Positions 58,992 to 64,000 of a stretch of DNA of 64,000 nt are shown here, one piece after another (the first letter of the stretch is position 1; the number at the start of each line of letters is the position of its first letter). The position numbers and the translations under genes were made by a program. The stretch is from Phocaeicola plebeius (lineage in GTDB: Bacteria > Bacteroidota > Bacteroidia > Bacteroidales > Bacteroidaceae): assembly GCA_004558305.1 (NCBI GenBank), contig SFDG01000014.1:2260-66259 (forward strand). Direction: 5' to 3'. Below the pieces are notes generated by a model. It was not told the origin of the DNA. It ran no database searches and was given only the letters and a program-made list of their open reading frames with translations.

Positions 58992-61493
58992 ATGATTTAT
59001 CCGCAGAATTTCGAGCAGAAAATAGGATTCACCCAAATACGCCAGCTCCTGAAGCAGAAGTGCCTGGGACCGCTGGGACAGGAACGTGTAGACGACATGG
59101 ACTTCAGTGACGATTTCGAGGAAATCGACCGCCGGCTGGAACAGACCACCGAATTTGTCCGCATCGTACAGGAGGAAGACGATTTCCCCTGCCAGTACTA
59201 TTTCGATGTGCGTCCCTCGCTGAAACGCATCCGCGTGGAAGGGCTCTACCTCAACGAACAGGAACTGTTCGACCTGCGCCGCTCGTTGGAAACGATCCGC
59301 GACATTGTGCGCTTCCTCCAGCAGACTGACACAGACGAGGAGAGTGAATCGGTTTCGACACCCTATCCCGCCCTCCGTACACTGGCAGGCGACATCCTCA
59401 CTTTCCCCCAACTTATCGCCCGCATCGGCGATATACTCGACAAATTCGGCCATGTGCGCGACAATGCTTCCAGCGAGTTGCTCCGCATCCGCCGCGAGCT
59501 TTCTGCCACGACGGGCAGCATCTCACGCAGCCTCAACTCCATCCTACGGACTGCCCAGGCTGAAGGCTATGTGGACAAGGATGTCACACCCACCCTGCGC
59601 GACGGCCGTTTGGTCATCCCGGTGGCCCCCGGTATGAAACGAAAGCTCCGAGGCATTGTCCACGACGAGTCGGCCACCGGCAAGACAGTCTTCATCGAAC
59701 CGGCGGAGGTGGTGGAGGCGAACAACCGCATCCGGGAACTGGAGGGCGAGGAGCGGCGCGAGATCATCCGCATCCTCACCGAGTTCTCCGCCACGGTCCG
59801 TCCGCAGGTGCCCGCCTTGTTGCAGTCCTACGAGTTCTTGGCCGACATCGACTTCATCCGCGCCAAGGCCGTGTTCAGCCTTGACATCCGTGCCGTGAAG
59901 CCAGCCTTCGAACGCCGCCAGGTGCTGGACTGGTTCGAGGCGGTCCATCCGCTGCTCCAGCTCTCTCTGGCCCGCCACGGAAAGAAAGTGGTACCACTGG
60001 ACATCGAACTGACCCGCGAACAGCGCATCCTGCTGATTTCGGGTCCTAACGCAGGCGGCAAGTCTGTCTGCCTGAAAACGGTGGGACTGCTCCAGTACAT
60101 GCTACAGTGCGGCCTGCCCGTCCCAATGAACGAGCGCAGCCATGCCGGAGTGTTCAGCCACCTTTTTATCGACATCGGCGACGAGCAGAGCATCGAGGAC
60201 GACCTGAGTACCTATTCGTCGCACCTGACGAACATGAAGATGATGCTCAAGGGATGCGACGGGCGCAGCCTCATCCTCATCGATGAGTTCGGCGGCGGCA
60301 CCGAGCCGCAAATAGGCGGAGCCATTGCCGAAGCCTTGCTGAAGCGCTTCAACGAGCGGAAAACATTCGGAGTCATCACGACGCACTATCAGAATCTGAA
60401 GCACTTCGCTGAAGACCATGAGGGCGTGGTGAACGGTGCCATGCTTTACGACCGCCACGAGATGAGGGCTCTCTTCCAGCTGCAGATCGGCAACCCGGGC
60501 AGCTCGTTCGCCGTCGAAATCGCCCGAAAGATCGGACTGCCCGAAGAGGTCATCGCTGATGCTTCAGAGATTGTGGGCAGCGAGTATATCCAAAGCGACA
60601 AGTACCTGCAGGACATTGTCCGCGACAAACGATATTGGGAAACAAAGCGGCAGAACATCCGTAAGCGAGAGAAGCAGATGGAGGATACCATCGCCCGCTA
60701 CGAAGCGGAAATAGCAGAACTGGAAGCAAGCCGAAAGACTATCCTGAAGAAAGCGAAAGAGGAAGCGGAGCAACTGCTGCAGGAGTCGAACGCCCGCATC
60801 GAAAATACCATCCGCTCTATCAAAGAGGCACAGGCAGAGAAGGAGCGCACGCGAGATGCCCGCCAGGAACTGACGGACTTCCGCCAGCAGGTGGAGGCCA
60901 TCGATACGGCGGCCACGGAAGAGGCCATCGCCCGCAAGATGGAGCAGCTACGCCAGAAGCAGGAACGGAAGAAGGAACGGAAGGCGCAGAAACAGGCGCA
61001 GGCAGCCGAAACACCAAAAGCCAAGCCGATTGAAGAGGACAGCTATGTGCGCATCAAGGGGCAAAGCAGCGTGGGACAGGTGTTGGAGGTGAACGGCAAG
61101 AATGCAGTGGTGATGTTCGGCCTGATGAAGACAAACGTGAAGCTGGACCGGCTGGAGCATGCCGACGCACCACAACTGAACAGCACGCCTGCCAAAGCGA
61201 CTTTCATCAGTGCCGCCACCCAAGACCAGATGCATGAGAAACGGCTGAACTTCAAGCAAGATATCGATGTGCGCGGTATGCGTGGTGAAGAGGCCCTCCA
61301 GGCGGTGACATATTTCATCGACGACGCTATCCTTGTCGGGGTAAGCCGGGTTCGCATCCTGCACGGCACAGGCACGGGCATCCTGCGGACGCTGATCCGC
61401 CAGTACTTGGCTTCCGTACCAGGTGTGAAGGAGTTCAAGGACGAGCACGTGCAGTTTGGGGGAGCCGGCATTACGGTGGTAGATTTGTATTAG
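58992..61493 (+). CDS. mutS2: MutS2 (ATPase plus C-terminal Smr domain)
   Basis: 'GIVHDESATGKT', 'SGPNAGGKS', 'DIGDEQSIEDDLSTYSSH', Smr 'ILHGTGTG'. Confidence 0.95.
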   Translation: MIYPQNFEQKIGFTQIRQLLKQKCLGPLGQERVDDMDFSDDFEEIDRRLEQTTEFVRIVQEEDDFPCQYYFDVRPSLKRIRVEGLYLNEQELFDLRRSLETIRDIVRFLQQTDTDEESESVSTPYPALRTLAGDILTFPQLIARIGDILDKFGHVRDNASSELLRIRRELSATTGSISRSLNSILRTAQAEGYVDKDVTPTLRDGRLVIPVAPGMKRKLRGIVHDESATGKTVFIEPAEVVEANNRIRELEGEERREIIRILTEFSATVRPQVPALLQSYEFLADIDFIRAKAVFSLDIRAVKPAFERRQVLDWFEAVHPLLQLSLARHGKKVVPLDIELTREQRILLISGPNAGGKSVCLKTVGLLQYMLQCGLPVPMNERSHAGVFSHLFIDIGDEQSIEDDLSTYSSHLTNMKMMLKGCDGRSLILIDEFGGGTEPQIGGAIAEALLKRFNERKTFGVITTHYQNLKHFAEDHEGVVNGAMLYDRHEMRALFQLQIGNPGSSFAVEIARKIGLPEEVIADASEIVGSEYIQSDKYLQDIVRDKRYWETKRQNIRKREKQMEDTIARYEAEIAELEASRKTILKKAKEEAEQLLQESNARIENTIRSIKEAQAEKERTRDARQELTDFRQQVEAIDTAATEEAIARKMEQLRQKQERKKERKAQKQAQAAETPKAKPIEEDSYVRIKGQSSVGQVLEVNGKNAVVMFGLMKTNVKLDRLEHADAPQLNSTPAKATFISAATQDQMHEKRLNFKQDIDVRGMRGEEALQAVTYFIDDAILVGVSRVRILHGTGTGILRTLIRQYLASVPGVKEFKDEHVQFGGAGITVVDLY

Positions 61494-61624
61494 GGACCTG
61501 GCACATGGCTTACGGAACATCAACCAGGGCAAATAGGGCGCATGGAAGAATGACCGTATTTCACCATCTTTATACCGATGGAAAACAATGTTTATAGACG
61601 TACAGTCTACGACCTGATTGTCTT

Positions 61625-61950
61625 ATGATACGAAGTTACCGTACCCTATTGCGGGGAGGACTGTTGCCGATGGCTATGTCTGTCTGAGTCAACGACCTGA
61701 AAGGAAAGGTAGTTGGCGCAGAGGAGAGACAGATGCCATATGCTACGGTCTTTATCGGTGAGATGTCCCGAGCAACGACCACCGACCTCACAGGTGAGTT
61801 CTGCTTCCACGGCATACCACAGGGACCTGCCGGCTGACTGTGTCCTTCATCGGTTACAAGACAGCTGTCACGGAGGTGAAAGTGGAAGAGGAGGCAGCAC
61901 CTGTCCTGAAATGCCTGGAAAAGGATGAAGACTTGACCCTGAAAAGTAAA
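61625..61950 (+). pseudogene. Decayed 5' fragment of an outer-membrane receptor gene (carboxypeptidase-regulatory-like domain)
   Basis: Reads MIRSYRTLL..SV*VNDLKGKVVGAEERQMPYATVFI..TTTDLTGEF..IPQG / TCRLTVSFIGYKT; in-frame TGA at 61685 and a frameshift at ~61823. Confidence 0.7.
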
Positions 61951-62086
61951 ACCCAGTTGGTTAAAAACATATTCCCCGAAAATCAATTTGGAGGTTTGAT
62001 TATTTTTACATACCTTTGCTTAAACATTGGGTACTGACATCCAACGTAAAAAAAACGAACCTTTAACCAACTGAAACTGAGAAATA

Positions 62087-63295
62087 ATGAAATCCATCAA
62101 AGAACTATACCGAATCGGCACAGGCCCTTCCAGCAGCCACACCATGGGACCGCGCAAGGCAGCCGAACAGTTTCTGGCCCGGCATCCGGAAGCCACCTCC
62201 TTTGAAGTCACCCTCTACGGCAGTCTGGCCGCTACCGGAAAGGGCCACATGACAGATGTGGCCATCCTCGATGTACTGCAGCCCCACGCACCCGTAGAAA
62301 TCGTCTGGAAGCCCCAGGTATTCTTCCCATTCCATCCGAACGGCATGACATTCAAGTCGTTCGACGCCAACCGAAACAAGACGGAGGAATGGACGGTCTT
62401 CAGCGTAGGCGGCGGTGCACTGGCTGAAGAAGGACAGCCGCAGGGCAGCTCGCCCGACATCTACGACATGAATACCATGAGCCAGATTCTGTTCTGGAGC
62501 GAACGTACAGGACGCAGCTTCTGGGAATACGTGGAACAGTGCGAGGGAAAGGACATCTGGGACTATCTGGCAGAAGTCTGGCAGACAATGAAGGCAGCCG
62601 TGGAGCGCGGCCTGGATGCCGAAGGGGTACTGCCCGGACCGCTGAACCTGCGCCGTAAGGCATCGGCCTACTATATCAAAGCGAAAGGTTACCGCGACTC
62701 GCTCCGTTCGCGCGGACTGGTGTTCTCGTACGCCCTGGCTGTGAGCGAAGAGAATGCCTCGGGAGGAAGGATTGTGACGGCACCTACATGCGGTGCCTGC
62801 GGAGTGGTGCCTGCTGTTCTGTACCATCTGCAGACCAGCCGTGAATTTACCGATGCCCGCATCCTGCGTGCCCTGGCGACCGCCGGACTGGTGGGCAATG
62901 TGGTGAAGCACAATGCCTCCATCTCGGGAGCGGAAGCAGGCTGCCAGGCAGAAGTAGGCGTGGCATGCTCGATGGCTTCGGCAGCGGCCAGCCAGCTGTT
63001 CGGTGGTAGTCCGGCACAAATCGAGTATTCGGCGGAAATGGGATTGGAACATCACCTGGGCATGACATGCGACCCGGTGTGTGGTCTGGTACAGATTCCT
63101 TGCATCGAGCGCAATGCGTATGCAGCCGCCCGAGCTCTGGATGCCAATATCTACTCGGCCTTCACGGACGGACATCACCGCGTATCGTTCGACCGCGTGG
63201 TGGAAGTGATGAAGCAGACGGGGCATGACCTTCCTTCGCTCTACAAGGAAACGAGCGAGGGAGGACTGGCAAAAAACTACCGCCAAATGGACTGA
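62087..63295 (+). CDS. sdaA: L-serine ammonia-lyase (Fe-S, single chain)
   Basis: 'GTGPSSSHTMGP', 'YGSLAATGKGH', 'VTAPTCG', 'GCQAEVG', 'CDPVCGLVQIPCIERN'. Confidence 0.95.
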   Translation: MKSIKELYRIGTGPSSSHTMGPRKAAEQFLARHPEATSFEVTLYGSLAATGKGHMTDVAILDVLQPHAPVEIVWKPQVFFPFHPNGMTFKSFDANRNKTEEWTVFSVGGGALAEEGQPQGSSPDIYDMNTMSQILFWSERTGRSFWEYVEQCEGKDIWDYLAEVWQTMKAAVERGLDAEGVLPGPLNLRRKASAYYIKAKGYRDSLRSRGLVFSYALAVSEENASGGRIVTAPTCGACGVVPAVLYHLQTSREFTDARILRALATAGLVGNVVKHNASISGAEAGCQAEVGVACSMASAAASQLFGGSPAQIEYSAEMGLEHHLGMTCDPVCGLVQIPCIERNAYAAARALDANIYSAFTDGHHRVSFDRVVEVMKQTGHDLPSLYKETSEGGLAKNYRQMD

Positions 63296-63341
63296 CAGGG
63301 AAACAGGAGGAAGCTACCCGATAACCATACCAATGACGAAA

Positions 63342-63422
63342 GCTGTAGGGGCAAACTTGTGTGTCTGCCTGGGAACATCCACTTCGGCATGAAGAGCGGA
63401 CACGCAGGTCTGCCCCTACAGC
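63342..63422. repeat. GTAG-type REP doublet (REPIN-like)
   Basis: GCTGTAGGGGCAAACTTGTGTGTCTGC (63342-63368) / GCGGACACGCAGGTCTGCCCCTACAGC (63396-63422). Confidence 0.7.
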
Positions 63423-63476
63423 GTCATTATCGAATTGTTTCACACAACGTGTGATGGCGACTAAGTCGTCTCTTTT

Positions 63477-64000
63477 TTATTTCACTACTTCGGCCAGCTT
63501 GTCCAGCAGAGCCTGACCTTCGAGGCCAGAGGCAATAATGCGTCCGTCAGGACCGATGAGGAAGTTCTTCGGAATCCACTTCACGGCATAGAGATTGACT
63601 ACCGGACCGCTCCAGTACTGGAAGTCGCAGACTTGCGTCCATGTCAAGCCATCCTTTTCGATGGCCTCCAGCCACTTGTCCTTGTCGCGGTCGAGCGATA
63701 CGCCCAGCACAGTGAAGTTCTTCTTCTGATACTGCTGGTAGGCAGCCACTACATTGGGGTTCTCCCGGCGACAGTCGGGACACCAGGCAGCCCAAAAATC
63801 GACCAGTACGTACTGGCCTCGAAAAGAAGAGAGGGAGACGGGACGACCGTCTGCATCAGGTAGCGTAAAGTCAGGGGCCTCGGCACCGTCCTGCAGCCGT
63901 TCCAGCTTAGCCAGCAGGGCATCCACCTCTTTCACGTAGGCCGACCCTTCGAGGGAGGCATCCAGCCGCTCGCGGGCCGCTTTCACTTCGGCATACCCCA
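63477..64000 (-). CDS. TlpA/AhpC-TSA family thiol-disulfide oxidoreductase; 5' end outside the window
   Basis: 'APDFTL', 'VDFWAAWCPDCRRENP', 'GVSLD', 'IPKNFLI'; frame stays open to the window edge. Confidence 0.88.
   Translation of the reverse strand, partial: GYAEVKAARERLDASLEGSAYVKEVDALLAKLERLQDGAEAPDFTLPDADGRPVSLSSFRGQYVLVDFWAAWCPDCRRENPNVVAAYQQYQKKNFTVLGVSLDRDKDKWLEAIEKDGLTWTQVCDFQYWSGPVVNLYAVKWIPKNFLIGPDGRIIASGLEGQALLDKLAEVVK

Noticed and set aside
58585..63295. Functional link between the tRNA-Ser pair and serine dehydratase
   Set aside because: Separate promoters, opposite strands and mutS2 in between; probably coincidence.

Overview
A GC-rich chromosomal region from a member of the Bacteroidales. 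The assignment rests on many TAnnTTTG -7 promoter elements, AT-rich leaders that mostly lack Shine-Dalgarno motifs, and the typical secG-TPR-lptE-sigma54 and nupG-rsmE-DUF4836 gene orders. Positions 1-21.8 kb form a cobamide locus with three parts: (a) a 5'-truncated cobalamin riboswitch heading a TonB-dependent receptor, a surface lipoprotein, cbiA, btuFCD-like ABC genes and cobU/T/S/C; (b) a convergent pduO-cbiP-cobD-cbiB operon; (c) a divergent operon of four bifunctional fusions (cbiH-C, cbiE-T, cbiG-F, cbiJ-D). No cbiK, cbiL or uroporphyrinogen-forming genes lie in the window. The rest holds housekeeping and accessory genes: an uncharacterised lipoprotein/ABC system, rsmE, a nucleoside permease, a porin plus Na+:solute symporter, a collapsed GH92 pseudogene, rluA, ispE, a HexNAc-kinase-like gene, ugd, GH51/GH43/GH97, a POT transporter, nadE, perR-rubrerythrin, an inositol-lipid cluster lacking MIPS, two tRNA-Ser genes, mutS2, sdaA and a partial TlpA. 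The strongest unexplained signals are non-coding. One is a ~280-nt transcription unit (41346-41625, minus strand) with its own promoter and terminator, seven UAGG motifs and a 14-nt perfect antisense match to a translation-initiation region 10 kb away. The other is a ~68-nt candidate sRNA (27381-27448). No integrase, transposase, prophage or CRISPR array was seen. All product calls are by motif and family recognition only; no database searches were run.
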